From Octopus vulgaris (taxonomy: Eukaryota), in contig OX597826.1 of the NCBI GenBank assembly GCA_951406725.2, positions 65,348,001 through 65,412,000 on the forward strand: a stretch of 64,000 bases of DNA, in the 5' to 3' direction. A program made the position numbers and the translations under genes. Below the pieces are notes generated by a model. It saw only the letters and a list, made by a program, of their open reading frames with translations, searched no databases and was not told the DNA's origin. Shown piece by piece: positions 12,331 to 26,632 of the stretch. The first letter of the stretch is position 1; the number at the start of each line of letters is the position of its first letter.

Positions 12331-12920
12331 TGTTGCTGTTCTGTTTTTACTTGCTGTTCTATTTTTAGTTTATTTGTTCTATTTTTAGTCGCTGTTCTAT
12401 TTTTAGTTTATTTGTCCAATTTTTAGTTTATTTGTCCTATTTTGAGTTTATTTGTCCTATTTTTAGTTTATTTCTCCTATTTTTAATTTATTTGTTCTAT
12501 TTTAAGTTTATTTGTCCTAATTTTAGATGCTGTTCTATTTTTAGTTTATTTGTTCTATTTTTAGTTGCTGTTCTATTTTTAGTTTATTTGTTCTATTTTT
12601 AGTTGCTGTTCTATATTGGGTTTATTTGTTCTATTCTTAGTTGCTGTTCTATTTTTAGTTGCTGTTCTATTTTTAGTTTATTTGTTCTATTTTTTGTTGC
12701 TGTTCTAATTTTAGTTAACTTGTAATATTTTTAGCTGCTGTTCTATTTTTAGTTAATTTGTCCTATTTTTAGTTTATTTGTTCTATTTTTAGTTTATTTT
12801 TCCTATTCTTAGTTGCTGTTCTATTTTTAGTTTATTTCTTCTATTTTTAGTTTATTTGTCCTAATTTTAGTTGCTGTTCTATTTTTAGTTTATTTGTCCT
12901 ATTTTTAGTTTGTCCTATTT
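12331..12920. repeat. AT-rich minisatellite, 18/20-bp units (GTTGCTGTTCTATTTTTA and GTTTATTTGTTCTATTTTTA)
   Basis: Directly visible. Confidence 0.92.
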
Positions 12921-13820
12921 TTATAGCTTCTATTTATTGTTTCTATTTATTGTTTCTATTTATAGCTACTATTTATAGATTCTATTTATAGATTCTATTT
13001 ATAGATTCTATTTATAGATTCTATTTATAGATTGTATTTATAAATACTATTTATAGATTCTATTTATTTATTTATTTATTTATTTATTTATTCATTTATA
13101 GATTCTATTTATAGATTCTATTTATAGATTCTATTTATAGATACTATTTATATATTCTATTTATAGATTCTATTTATAGATTCTATTTATAGATTCTATT
13201 TATAGATTCTATTTATAGATACTATTTATTTATTTATTTATTTATTTATTTATAGATTCTATTTATAGATACTCTTTATTTATTTATTTATTTATAGATT
13301 CTATTAATAGATTCTATTTATTTGTTTATTTATTTATAAATTCAATTTATAGATTCTATTTATAGATTCTATTTATTTATTTATTTGTTTATTTCTTTAT
13401 TTATAGATTCTATTTATAGATTCTATTTATAGATTCTATTTATTTATATATTTATTTATAAATAGAATCTATAAATTGAATCTATAAATAGTATCTATAA
13501 ATAGAATCATTAAATTGCATCTATAAATAGAATCTATGAATAAATAAATAAATAAATAAATACATGAATAGAATCTGTAAATAGAATCTATAAATAGACT
13601 CTATAAATAAATAAATAAATAAATAAATAGAATCTATAAATAGAATCTATAAATAGAATCTATAAATAAATAAATAAATAGAATAAATAAATAAATAAAT
13701 AAATAAATAGAATCTATAAATAGAATCTATAAATAGAATCTATAAATAGAATCTATAAATAGAATCTATAAATAGTATCTATAAATAGAATCATTAAATA
13801 GTATCTATAAATAGAATCTA

Positions 13821-13851
<31 letters not shown>

Positions 13852-14399
13852 ATACATGAATAGAATCTATAAATACAATCATTAAATAGAATCTATAAAT
13901 AGAATCTATAAATAGAATCTATAAATAGAATCTATAAATAGAATCAATAAATAAATAAATAAATAAATAAATAGTATCTATAAATAGAATCTATAAATAG
14001 AATCTATAAATAGAATCTATAAATAGAATCTATAAATAGAATCTATAAATAGAATCTATAAATAGAATCTATAAATAGAATCAATAAATAGAATCTATAA
14101 ATAAATAAATAAATAAATAAATAGAATCTATAAATAGAATCTATAAAATAGAATCTATAAATAAAAAATAAAAAAATAAATAAATATATAAATAGAATCT
14201 ATAAATAGAATCTAAAAATAGAATCTATAAATAGAATCTATAAATAAATAAATAAATAAAGAAATAGAATCTATAAATAAATAAATAAATAAATAAATAG
14301 AATCTATAAATAAATAAATAAATAAATAAATAGAATGTATAAATAGAATCTATAAATAGAATCTATAAATAGAATCTATAAATAGAATCTATAAATAGT
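12921..14399. repeat. 13-bp satellite (CTATTTATAGATT)n mixed with (ATTT)n, switching to the reverse complement at ~13458
   Basis: Directly visible. Runs into the N gap. Confidence 0.92.
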
Positions 14400-14499
14400 N
14401 NNNNNNNNNNNNNNNNNNNNNNNNNNNNNNNNNNNNNNNNNNNNNNNNNNNNNNNNNNNNNNNNNNNNNNNNNNNNNNNNNNNNNNNNNNNNNNNNNNN
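14400..14499. other. Assembly gap (100 N)
   Basis: Run of N. Confidence 1.
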
Positions 14500-15683
14500 T
14501 AAAAGAAATGAACATTAAAAACAAGTGCACCGTCATCCATGCCCACACATTTTCCTCCTGTGACATCACAATTTTCTTTCACACACTGCGTTGCCATCTG
14601 AGATACCTCTGTTCTTTGGTCCTCACGTAACTGCACATTTGCAAACTTCTTCTTTTCTGCTTCTCCCTTGGCTATGTAGAGCTGTCACACAACCTCCCCT
14701 TGACTATCTGTTACAGTTCCAAGGTAGCCCCACTCTTCCAGGCTTTCCAGGCCTGTTTCTTTGCTCTAATGCCCTTGTCTACTATATTATTCCACCATCA
14801 CATTTCTCTGAGTCTGGAAGGGACTTTGCCCCAGCCCCACATTTGGTCTGTGGTGCTCAGTAAGCTATTTCGTAGGAATTTCCAACTACGCACTATGTCC
14901 AAAGAATGTGGCTCCTCCTCCCACTCATCAGATTTCTCGATGACGATCTCCCTAAATCTCTGACCATGTGAAGGGTTCTTTAGCTTCCAAATCTTCTTTT
15001 CTGCATTGGTCTGCTGCTTGGCATTCTTCGACCTAGAGTCTAAAGTCAATAATGACAAATCTATTCTGGGGTTTACATTCTTCACCCGGGAGTGCCTTTG
15101 TATTTATGAGCAACCCTGTGTACCACTGTCTGTTGATGGTGAAATAAATCTGGCTAGCAGAGTCACATGATTGATAGGTTATCAACTGGTTGCCTGGCTT
15201 CCTGAAGTTAGTGTTGCAGATTAATAGCTTACATACATATGCGACTATGGATGCATTTAACATAGTATGAGATAAGCCTCCTGTTACCAGGGTAGAGATG
15301 AACTTACATTTCAGATCTTAATCCAGAGAAGTTAAAACATGTTTCTATACGTGAATGTAGATATATGAGTTCCAATCGGAAGGTATTGAGACATCTCTTA
15401 TGGTAACAGGATTGACTATGCCAAGACTGACCTGCAGCTGTCATGTAGACTCATTAATTAATACATTCACACTCACATTAGTTATAGCTGTGTTTCACAA
15501 TAAATTGTATGCTCTATGATCATCTTTGAAATGACACCTTTTTCTGCTGCCAAGAATCTCATTAATTGTGTCGAGAGAGTCAAAGGAATTTGCCACACAC
15601 GGGATTTCTCTCTTGAGAAAAATTGAAGCCAAATATATCTCTAATCATACATTATTTTCTTTCAAAATTTGCAGAATACATAC

Positions 15684-15749
15684 CTCCTTGATTGGGTTGC
15701 TGTGTGCTTTGTTCTCCATTTCCTACAACTTGAGGAATTTCCGTAGTAC
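15684..15749 (-). CDS. 66-nt symmetric phase-1 exon (GTTEIPQVVGNGEQSTQQPNQG); further copies 17205-17271 (67 nt, +1 indel), 18726-18791, 20245-20310, 21762-21827, 23283-23348, 24802-24867, 28172-28237
   Basis: Acceptor catttcttttaag| and donor GAG|gtatgt. Length is a multiple of 3 with no stop. Confidence 0.65.
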
Positions 15750-18700
15750 CTTAAAAGAAATGTACAAAAATAAGGAACTGAACAACAACATATGTACTAA
15801 GATGTAAGATACAATATGGATATTATACTATGATATATCCACACATTACATAGATCTCCAATTAGTCCCTCATGTCCTAACCTACACACGATGTCCTACT
15901 ATAACAACACTCATCATAGCTTGTCCCTCTACTGGATCAACATTTGGCAGGATCTCCTCCTCCCATTTATTCTCCACATTCAGCAGCCTTTCATAATGTC
16001 TTCTCCAAGACTCTTTCTTTTCAGAATCATTAAAAACAAGTGCACCGTCATCCATGCCCACACATTTCCCTCCTGTGACATCACAATTTTCTTTCACACA
16101 CTGTCTTGCAATCTGAAATACTTCTGTTCTTTGGTCCTCAAGTCACTGAACATTGGCAAACTTCTTCTTTTCTGCTTCTCCCTTAGCTATGTAGAGCTGT
16201 TACACAGCCTCCCCTTGACTATCTGTTACAGTTCCTAAGGTACCTCCACTCTTCCAGGCTTTCCAGGCCTGTTTCTTTGCTCTAATGCCCTTGTCTACCA
16301 TATTATTCCACCATCACATTTCTCTGGGTCTGAAGGGACTTTGCCCCAGCCCCACATTTGGTCTGTGGTGCTCAGTAAGCTGTTTCGTAGGAATTTCCAA
16401 CTACTCACTATGTCCAAAGTATGTTGCTCCTCCTCTCCTCCCACTCATCAAATTTCTCAATGACGATCTCCCTAAATCTCTGACCATGTGAAGTGTTCTT
16501 TAGCTTCCAAATCTTCTTTTCTGCATTGGTCTGCTGCTTGGCATTCATCGACCTTGAGTCTAAAGTCAATAATGACAAATCTATTCTGGGGTTTACATTC
16601 TTCACCCGGGAGTGCCTTTGTATTTATGAGCAACCCTGTGTACCACTGTCTGTTGATGGTGAAATAAATCTGGCTAGCAAAATCACATGATTGATAGGTT
16701 ATCAACTGGTTGCCTGGCTTCCTGAAGTTAGTGTTGCAGATTAATAGGTTACATACATATGCGACTATGGATGCATTTAACATAGTATGAGATAAGCCTC
16801 TGTTATCAGGGTAGAGATGAACTTACATTTCAGATCTTAATCCAGAGAAGTTAAAACATGTTTTTACGCGTTAATGTAATATATGAGTTCCAATCGGAAG
16901 GTATTGAGACATCTCTTATGGTAACAGGATTGACTATGCCAAGACTGACCTGCAGCTGTCATGTAGACTCATTAATTAATACATTCACACTCGCATCAGT
17001 TATAGCTGTGTTTCACAATAAATTGTATGCTCTATGATCATCTTTGAAATGACACCTTTTTCTGCTGCCAAGAATCTCATTAATTGTGTCGAGAGAGTCA
17101 AAGGAATTTGCCACACACGGGATTTCTCTCTTCTTGAGAAAAATTGAAGCCAAATATATCTCTAATCATACATTATTTTCTTTCAAAATTTGCAGAATAC
17201 ATACCTCCTTGATTGGGTTGCTGTGTGCTTTGTTCTCCATTTCCTACAACTTGAGGAATTTCCAGTAGTACCTTAAAAGAAATGTACAAAAATAAGGAAC
17301 TGAACAACAACATATGTACTAAGATGTAAGATACAATATGGATATTATACTATGATATATCCACACATTACATAGATCTCCAATTAGTCCCTCATGTCCT
17401 AACCTACACACGATGTCCTACTATAACAACACTCATCATAGCTTGTCCCTCTACTGGATCAACATTTGGCAGGATCTCCTCCTCCCATTTATTCTCCACA
17501 TTCAGCAGCCTTTCATAATGTCTTCTCCAAGACTCTTTCTTTTCAGAATCATTAAAAACAAGTGCACCGTCATCCATGCCCACACATTTCCCTCCTGTGA
17601 CATCACAATTTTCTTTCACACACTGTCTTGCAATCTGAAATACTTCTGTTCTTTGGTCCTCAAGTCACTGAACATTGGCAAACTTCTTCTTTTCTGCTTC
17701 TCCCTTAGCTATGTAGAGCTGTTACACAGCCTCCCCTTGACTATCTGTTACAGTTCCTAAGGTACCTCCACTCTTCCAGGCTTTCCAGGCCTGTTTCTTT
17801 GCTCTAATGCCCTTGTCTACCATATTATTCCACCATCACATTTCTCTGGGTCTGGAAGGGACTTTGCCCCAGCCCCACATTTGGTCTGTGGTGCTCAGTA
17901 AGCTGTTTCGTAGGAATTTCCAACTACTCACTATGTCCAAAGTATGTTGCTCCTCCTCTCCTCCCACTCATCAAATTTCTCAATGACGATCTCCCTAAAT
18001 CTCTGACCATGTGAAGTGTTCTTTAGCTTCCAAATCTTCTTTTCTGCATTGGTCTGCTGCTTGGCATTCATCGACCTCGAGTCTAAAGTCAATAATGACA
18101 AATCTATTCTGGGGTTTACATTCTTCACCCGGGAGTGCCTTTGTATTTATGAGCAACCCTGTGTACCACTGTCTGTTGATGGTGAAATAAATCTGGCTAG
18201 CAAAATCACATGATTGATAGGTTATCAACTGGTTGCCTGGCTTCCTGAAGTTAGTGTTGCAGATTAATAGGTTACATACATATGCGACTATGGATGCATT
18301 TAACATAGTATGAGATAAGCCTCTGTTATCAGGGTAGAGATGAACTTACATTTCAGATCTTAATCCAGAGAAGTTAAAACATGTTTTTACGCGTTAATGT
18401 AATATATGAGTTCCAATCGGAAGGTATTGAGACATCTCTTATGGTAACAGGATTGACTATGCCAAGACTGACCTGCAGCTGTCATGTAGACTCATTAATT
18501 AATACATTCACACTCGCATCAGTTATAGCTGTGTTTCACAATAAATTGTATGCTCTATGATCATCTTTGAAATGACACCTTTTTCTGCTGCCAAGAATCT
18601 CATTAATTGTGTCGAGAGAGTCAAAGGAATTTGCCACACACGGGATTTCTCTTCTTGAGAAAAATTGAAGCCAAATATATCTCTAATCATACATTATTTT

Positions 18701-21700
18701 CTTTCAAAATTTGCAGAATACATACCTCCTTGATTGGGTTGCTGTGTGCTTTGTTCTCCATTTCCTACAACTTGAGGAATTTCCGTAGTACCTTAAAAGA
18801 AATGTACAAAAATAAGGAACTGAACAACAACATATGTACTAAGATGTAAGATACAATATGGATATTATACTATGATATATCCACACATTACATAGATCTC
18901 CAATTAGTCCCTCATGTCCTAACCCTACACACGATGTCCTACTATAACAACACTCATCATAGCTTGTCCTCTACTGGATCAACATTTGGCAGGATCTCCT
19001 CCTCCCATTTATTCTCCACATTCAGCAGCCTTTCATAATGTCTTCTCCAAGACTCTTTCTTTTCAGAATCATTAAAAACAAGTGCACCGTCATCCATGCC
19101 CACACATTTCCCTCCTGTGACATCACAATTTTCTTCACACACTGTCTTGCAATCTGAAATACTTCTGTTCTTTGGTCCTCAAGTCACTGAACATTGGCAA
19201 ACTTCTTCTTTTCTGCTTCTCCCTTAGCTATGTAGAGCTGTTACACAGCCTCCCCTTGACTATCTGTTACAGTTCCTAAGGTACCTCCACTCTTCCAGGC
19301 TTTCCAGGCCTGTTTCTTTGCTCTAATGCCCTTGTCTACCATATTATTCCACCATCACATTTCTCTGGGTCTGGAAGGGACTTTGCCCCAGCCCCACATT
19401 TGGTCTGTGGTGCTCAGTAAGCTGTTTCGTAGGAATTTCCAACTACTCACTATGTCCAAAGTATGTTGCTCCTCCTCTCCTCCCACTCATCAAATTTCTC
19501 AATGACGATCTCCCTAAATCTCTGACCATGTGAAGTGTTCTTTAGCTTCCAAATCTTCTTTTCTGCATTGGTCTGCTGCTTGGCATTCTTCGACCTCGAG
19601 TCTAAAGTCAATAATGACAAATCTATTCTGGGGTTTACATTCTTCACCCGGGAGTGCCTTTGTATTTATGAGCAACCCTGTGTACCACTGTCTGTTGATG
19701 GTGAAATAAATCTGGCTAGCAAAATCACATGATTGATAGGTTATCAACTGGTTGCCTGGCTTCCTGAAGTTAGTGTTGCAGATTAATAGGTTACATACAT
19801 ATGCGACTATGGATGCATTTAACATAGTATGAGATAAGCCTCTGTTATCAGGGTAGAGATGAACTTACATTTCAGATCTTAATCCAGAGAAGTTAAAACA
19901 TGTTTTTACGCGTTAATGTAATATATGAGTTCCAATCGGAAGGTATTGAGACATCTCTTATGGTAACAGGATTGACTATGCCAAGACTGACCTGCAGCTG
20001 TCATGTAGACTCATTAATTAATACATTCACACTCGCATCAGTTATAGCTGTGTTTCACAATAAATTGTATGCTCTATGATCATCTTTGAAATGACACCTT
20101 TTCTGCCTTTTAAGAATCTCATTAATTGTGTCGAGAGAGTCAAAGGAATTTGCCACACACGGGATTTCTCTTCTTGAGAAAAATTGAAGCCAAATATATC
20201 TCTAATCATACATTATTTTCTTTCAAAATTTGCAGAATACATACCTCCTTGATTGGGTTGCTGTGTGCTTTGTTCTCCATTTCCTACAACTTGAGGAATT
20301 TCCGTAGTACCTTAAAAGAAATGTACAAAAATAAGGAACTGAACAACAACATATGTACTAAGATGTAAGATACAATATGGATATTATACTATGATATATC
20401 CACACATTACATAGATCTCCAATTAGTCCTCATGTCCTAACCTACACACGATGTCCTACTATAACAACACTCATCATAGCTTGTCCCTCTACTGGATCAA
20501 CATTTGGCAGGATCTCCTCCTCCCATTTATTCTCCACATTCAGCAGCCTTTCATAATGTCTTCTCCAAGACTCTTCTTTCAGAATCATTAAAAACAAGTG
20601 CACCGTCATCCATGCCCACACATTTCCCTCCTGTGACATCACAATTTTCTTTCACACACTGTCTTGCAATCTGAAATACTTCTGTTCTTTGGTCCTCAAG
20701 TCACTGAACATTGGCAAACTTCTTCTTTTCTGCTTCTCCCTTAGCTATGTAGAGCTGTTACACAGCCTCCCCTTGACTATCTGTTACAGTTCCTAAGGTA
20801 CCTCCACTCTTCCAGGCTTTCCAGGCCTGTTTCTTTGCTCTAATGCCCTTGTCTACCATATTATTCCACCATCACATTTCTCTGGGTCTGGAAGGGACTT
20901 TGCCCCAGCCCCACATTTGGTCTGTGGTGCTCAGTAAGCTGTTTCGTAGGAATTTCCAACTACTCACTATGTCCAAAGTATGTTGCTCCTCCTCTCCTCC
21001 CACTCATCAAATTTCTCAATGACGATCTCCCTAAATCTCTGACCATGTGAAGTGTTCTTTAGCTTCCAAATCTTCTTTTCTGCATTGGTCTGCTGCTTGG
21101 CATTCATCGACCTCGAGTCTAAAGTCAATAATGACAAATCTATTCTGGGGTTTACATTCTTCACCCGGGAGTGCCTTTGTATTTATGAGCAACCCTGTGT
21201 ACCACTGTCTGTTGATGGTGAAATAAATCTGGCTAGCAAAATCACATGATTGATAGGTTATCAACTGGTTGCCTGGCTTCCTGAAGTTAGTGTTGCAGAT
21301 TAATAGGTTACATACATATGCGACTATGGATGCATTTAACATAGTATGAGATAAGCCTCTGTTATCAGGGTAGAGATGAACTTACATTTCAGATCTTAAT
21401 CCAGAGAAGTTAAAACATGTTTTTACGCGTTAATGTAATATATGAGTTCCAATCGGAAGGTATTGAGACATCTCTTATGGTAACAGGATTGACTATGCCA
21501 AGACTGACCTGCAGCTGTCATGTAGACTCATTAATTAATACATTCACACTCGCATCAGTTATAGCTGTGTTTCACAATAAATTGTATGCTCTATGATCAT
21601 CTTTGAAATGACACCTTTTTCTGCTGCCAAGAATCTCATTAATTGTGTCGAGAGAGTCAAAGGAATTTGCCACACACGGGATTTCTCTTCTTGAGAAAAA

Positions 21701-24700
21701 TTGAAGCCAAATATATCTCTAATCATACATTATTTTCTTTCAAAATTTGCAGAATACATACCTCCTTGATTGGGTTGCTGTGTGCTTTGTTCTCCATTTC
21801 CTACAACTTGAGGAATTTCCGTAGTACCTTAAAAGAAATGTACAAAAATAAGGAACTGAACAACAACATATGTACTAAGATGTAAGATACAATATGGATA
21901 TTATACTATGATATATCCACACATTACATAGATCTCCAATTAGTCCCTCATGTCCTAACCTACACACGATGTCCTACTATAACAACACTCATCATAGCTT
22001 GTCCCTCTACTGGATCAACATTTGGCAGGATCTCCTCCTCCCATTTATTCTCCACATTCAGCAGCCTTTCATAATGTCTTCTCCAAGACTCTTTCTCTTT
22101 CAGAATCATTAAAAACAAGTGCACCGTCATCCATGCCCACACATTTCCCTCCTGTGACATCACAATTTTCTTTCACACACTGTCTTGCAATCTGAAATAC
22201 TTCTGTTCTTTGGTCCTCAAGTCACTGAACATTGGCAAACTTCTTCTTTTCTGCTTCTCCCTTAGCTATGTAGAGCTGTTACACAGCCTCCCCTTGACTA
22301 TCTGTTACAGTTCCTAAGGTACCTCCACTCTTCCAGGCTTTCCAGGCCTGTTTCTTTGCTCTAATGCCCTTGTCTACCATATTATTCCACCATCACATTT
22401 CTCTGGGTCTGGAAGGGACTTTGCCCCAGCCCCACATTTGGTCTGTGGTGCTCAGTAAGCTGTTTCGTAGGAATTTCCAACTACTCACTATGTCCAAAGT
22501 ATGTTGCTCCTCCTCTCCTCCCACTCATCAAATTTCTCAATGACGATCTCCCTAAATCTCTGACCATGTGAAGTGTTCTTTAGCTTCCAAATCTTCTTTT
22601 CTGCATTGGTCTGCTGCTTGGCATTCTTCGACCTCGAGTCTAAAGTCAATAATGACAAATCTATTCTGGGGTTTACATTCTTCACCCGGGAGTGCCTTTG
22701 TATTTATGAGCAACCCTGTGTACCACTGTCTGTTGATGGTGAAATAAATCTGGCTAGCAAAATCACATGATTGATAGGTTATCAACTGGTTGCCTGGCTT
22801 CCTGAAGTTAGTGTTGCAGATTAATAGGTTACATACATATGCGACTATGGATGCATTTAACATAGTATGAGATAAGCCTCTGTTATCAGGGTAGAGATGA
22901 ACTTACATTTCAGATCTTAATCCAGAGAAGTTAAAACATGTTTTTACGCGTTAATGTAATATATGAGTTCCAATCGGAAGGTATTGAGACATCTCTTATG
23001 GTAACAGGATTGACTATGCCAAGACTGACCTGCAGCTGTCATGTAGACTCATTAATTAATCCATTCACACTCGCATCAGTTATAGCTGTGTTTCACAATA
23101 AATTGTATGCTCTATGATCATCTTTGAAATGACACCTTTTTCTGCTGCCAAGAATCTCATTAATTGTGTCGAGAGAGTCAAAGGAATTTGCCACACACGG
23201 GATTTCTCTTCTTGAGAAAAATTGAAGCCAAATATATCTCTAATCATACATTATTTTCTTTCAAAATTTGCAGAATACATACCTCCTTGATTGGGTTGCT
23301 GTGTGCTTTGTTCTCCATTTCCTACAACTTGAGGAATTTCCGTAGTACCTTAAAAGAAATGTACAAAAATAAGGAACTGAACAACAACATATGTACTAAG
23401 ATGTAAGATACAATATGGATATTATACTATGATATATCCACACATTACATAGATCTCCAATTAGTCCCTCATGTCCTAACCTACACACGATGTCCTACTA
23501 TAACAACACTCATCATAGCTTGTCCTCTACTGGATCAACATTTGGCAGGATCTCCTCCTCCCATTTATTCTCCACATTCAGCAGCCTTTCATAATGTCTT
23601 CTCCAAGACTCTTTCTTTTCAGAATCATTAAAAACAAGTGCACCGTCATCCATGCCCACACATTTCCCTCCTGTGACATCACAATTTTCTTTCACACACT
23701 GTCTTGCAATCTGAAATACTTCTGTTCTTTGGTCCTCAAGTCACTGAACATTGGCAAACTTCTTCTTTTCTGCTTCTCCCTTAGCTATGTAGAGCTGTTA
23801 CACAGCCTCCCCTTGACTATCTGTTACAGTTCCTAAGGTACCTCCACTCTTCCAGGCTTTCCAGGCCTGTTTCTTTGCTCTAATGCCCTTGTCTACCATA
23901 TTATTCCACCATCACATTTCTCTGGGTCTGGAAGGGACTTTGCCCCAGCCCCACATTTGGTCTGTGGTGCTCAGTAAGCTGTTTCGTAGGAATTTCCAAC
24001 TACTCACTATGTCCAAAGTATGTTGCTCCTCCTCTCCTCCCACTCATCAAATTTCTCAATGACGATCTCCCTAAATCTCTGACCATGTGAAGTGTTCTTT
24101 AGCTTCCAAATCTTCTTTTCTGCATTGGTCTGCTGCTTGGCATTCATCGACCTCGAGTCTAAAGTCAATAATGACAAATCTATTCTGGGGTTTACATTCT
24201 TCACCCGGGAGTGCCTTTGTATTTATGAGCAACCCTGTGTACCACTGTCTGTTGATGGTGAAATAAATCTGGCTAGCAAAATCACATGATTGATAGGTTA
24301 TCAACTGGTTGCCTGGCTTCCTGAAGTTAGTGTTGCAGATTAATAGGTTACATACATATGCGACTATGGATGCATTTAACATAGTATGAGATAAGCCTCT
24401 GTTATCAGGGTAGAGATGAACTTACATTTCAGATCTTAATCCAGAGAAGTTAAAACATGTTTTTACGCGTTAATGTAATATATGAGTTCCAATCGGAAGG
24501 TATTGAGACATCTCTTATGGTAACAGGATTGACTATGCCAAGACTGACCTGCAGCTGTCATGTAGACTCATTAATTAATACATTCACACTCGCATCAGTT
24601 ATAGCTGTGTTTCACAATAAATTGTATGCTCTATGATCATCTTTGAAATGACACCTTTTTCTGCTGCCAAGAATCTCATTAATTGTGTCGAGAGAGTCAA

Positions 24701-26226
24701 AGGAATTTGCCACACACGGGATTTCTCTTCTTGAGAAAAATTGAAGCCAAATATATCTCTAATCATACATTATTTTCTTTCAAAATTTGCAGAATACATA
24801 CCTCCTTGATTGGGTTGCTGTGTGCTTTGTTCTCCATTTCCTACAACTTGAGGAATTTCCGTAGTACCTTAAAAGAAATGTACAAAAATAAGGAACTGAA
24901 CAACAACATATGTACTAAGATGTAAGATACAATATGGATATTATACTATGATATATCCACACATTACATAGATCTCCAATTAGTCCCTCATGTCCTAACC
25001 TACACACGATGTCCTACTATAACAACACTCATCATAGCTTGTCCCTCTACTGGATCAACATTTGGCAGGATCTCCTCCTCCCATTTATTCTCCACATTCA
25101 GCAGCCTTTCATAATGTCTTCTCCAAGACTCTTTCTTTTCAGAATCATTAAAAACAAGTGCACCGTCATCCATGCCCACACATTTCCCTCCTGTGACATC
25201 ACAATTTTCTTTCACACACTGTCTTGCAATCTGAAATACTTCTGTTCTTTGGTCCTCAAGTCACTGAACATTGGCAAACTTCTTCTTTTCTGCTTCTCCC
25301 TTAGCTATGTAGAGCTGTTACACAGCCTCCCCTTGACTATCTGTTACAGTTCCTAAGGTACCTCCACTCTTCCAGGCTTTCCAGGCCTGTTTCTTTGCTC
25401 TAATGCCCTTGTCTACCATATTATTCCACCATCACATTTCTCTGGGTCTGGAAGGGACTTTGCCCCAGCCCCACATTTGGTCTGTGGTGCTCAGTAAGCT
25501 GTTTCGTAGGAATTTCCAACTACTCACTATGTCCAAAGTATGTTGCTCCTCCTCTCCTCCCACTCATCAAATTTCTCAATGACGATCTCCCTAAATCTCT
25601 GACCATGTGAAGTGTTCTTTAGCTTCCAAATCTTCTTTTCTGCATTGGTCTGCTGCTTGGCATCCTTCGACCTCGAGTCTAAAGTCAATAATGACAAATC
25701 TATTCTGGGGTTTACATTTTCTACCCAGTATTAATTAATACTTTCACACTCGCATTAGTTATAGCAGAGTTTCACAATAAATTGTATGGTCTATGATAAT
25801 CTTTGAAATGACACCATTTTCTGCTGCCAAGAATCTCATTAATTGTGTCGAGAGAGTCAAAGGAATTTTGGAAATGGTCACAAGAAGTGATGACTCATGT
25901 ATCTTATGTTTATGACCCTGAAACTATGCTAAAAGTCAAACCACACTACAAATGAAAACATTTCAATATATTCAGCAAATCCAAGAGAATGGCCCAAGAC
26001 ATACAGTGCTGAAAAATGTTGATTTCTTTGTCACTGTACGTCACTGTGACTTGTCATCACACTTTATATAAATATTTTCTACATTAGGAAATCTCTTTGT
26101 CTTCACTCACTTTTTCAATATTTTCACACGTACATACACAAGCACACACACACACACACACACACACAAGTAAGTCCATAAATTAATCTTTACGGGATTT
26201 CTCTTCAAAATTCGCAGAGTACATAC

Positions 26227-26292
26227 CTCCTTGATTGGGTTGCGGTGTGCTTTGTTCTCCATTTCCTACAACTTGAGGACGTTCAGTAGTAA
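26227..26292 (-). CDS. Diverged paralog of the 66-nt exon (VTTERPQVVGNGEQSTPQPNQG)
   Basis: Same splice sites and length retained despite substitutions and different flanks. Confidence 0.65.
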
Positions 26293-26586
26293 CTTAAAAG
26301 AAATGAACAAAAATAAGGAACTGAACAACAACATATGTACTAAGATGTAAGATACAATATGGATATTATACTATGATATATTCACACATTACATAGTCCT
26401 GCAATCAGTCTCCCCATGGTCCAACTTACTTAAGTTCTCCAACCATAATGACACTCACCATATATATATTTTCATAAATATACATACATATACATACATA
26501 CACATGTGTGTATGTATATGTGTGTATATATAATGTAGATATATATATACATATATATATAGATATACATACATATATATATATAC

Positions 26587-26632
<46 letters not shown>

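Noticed and set aside
8189-12426. Many ORFs with PTEIKE/ADRDQR/CRQRSK and IPD repeats as a repetitive protein
   Set aside because: The unit is 22 bp, so translation cycles through all three frames. ORFs appear on both strands only because the units lack stops.
15568-15807. Recurrent plus-strand 79-80-aa ORF in the 1.52-kb unit
   Set aside because: Non-ATG start, frame varies between units and no recognisable motif; the minus-strand exon explains the region better.
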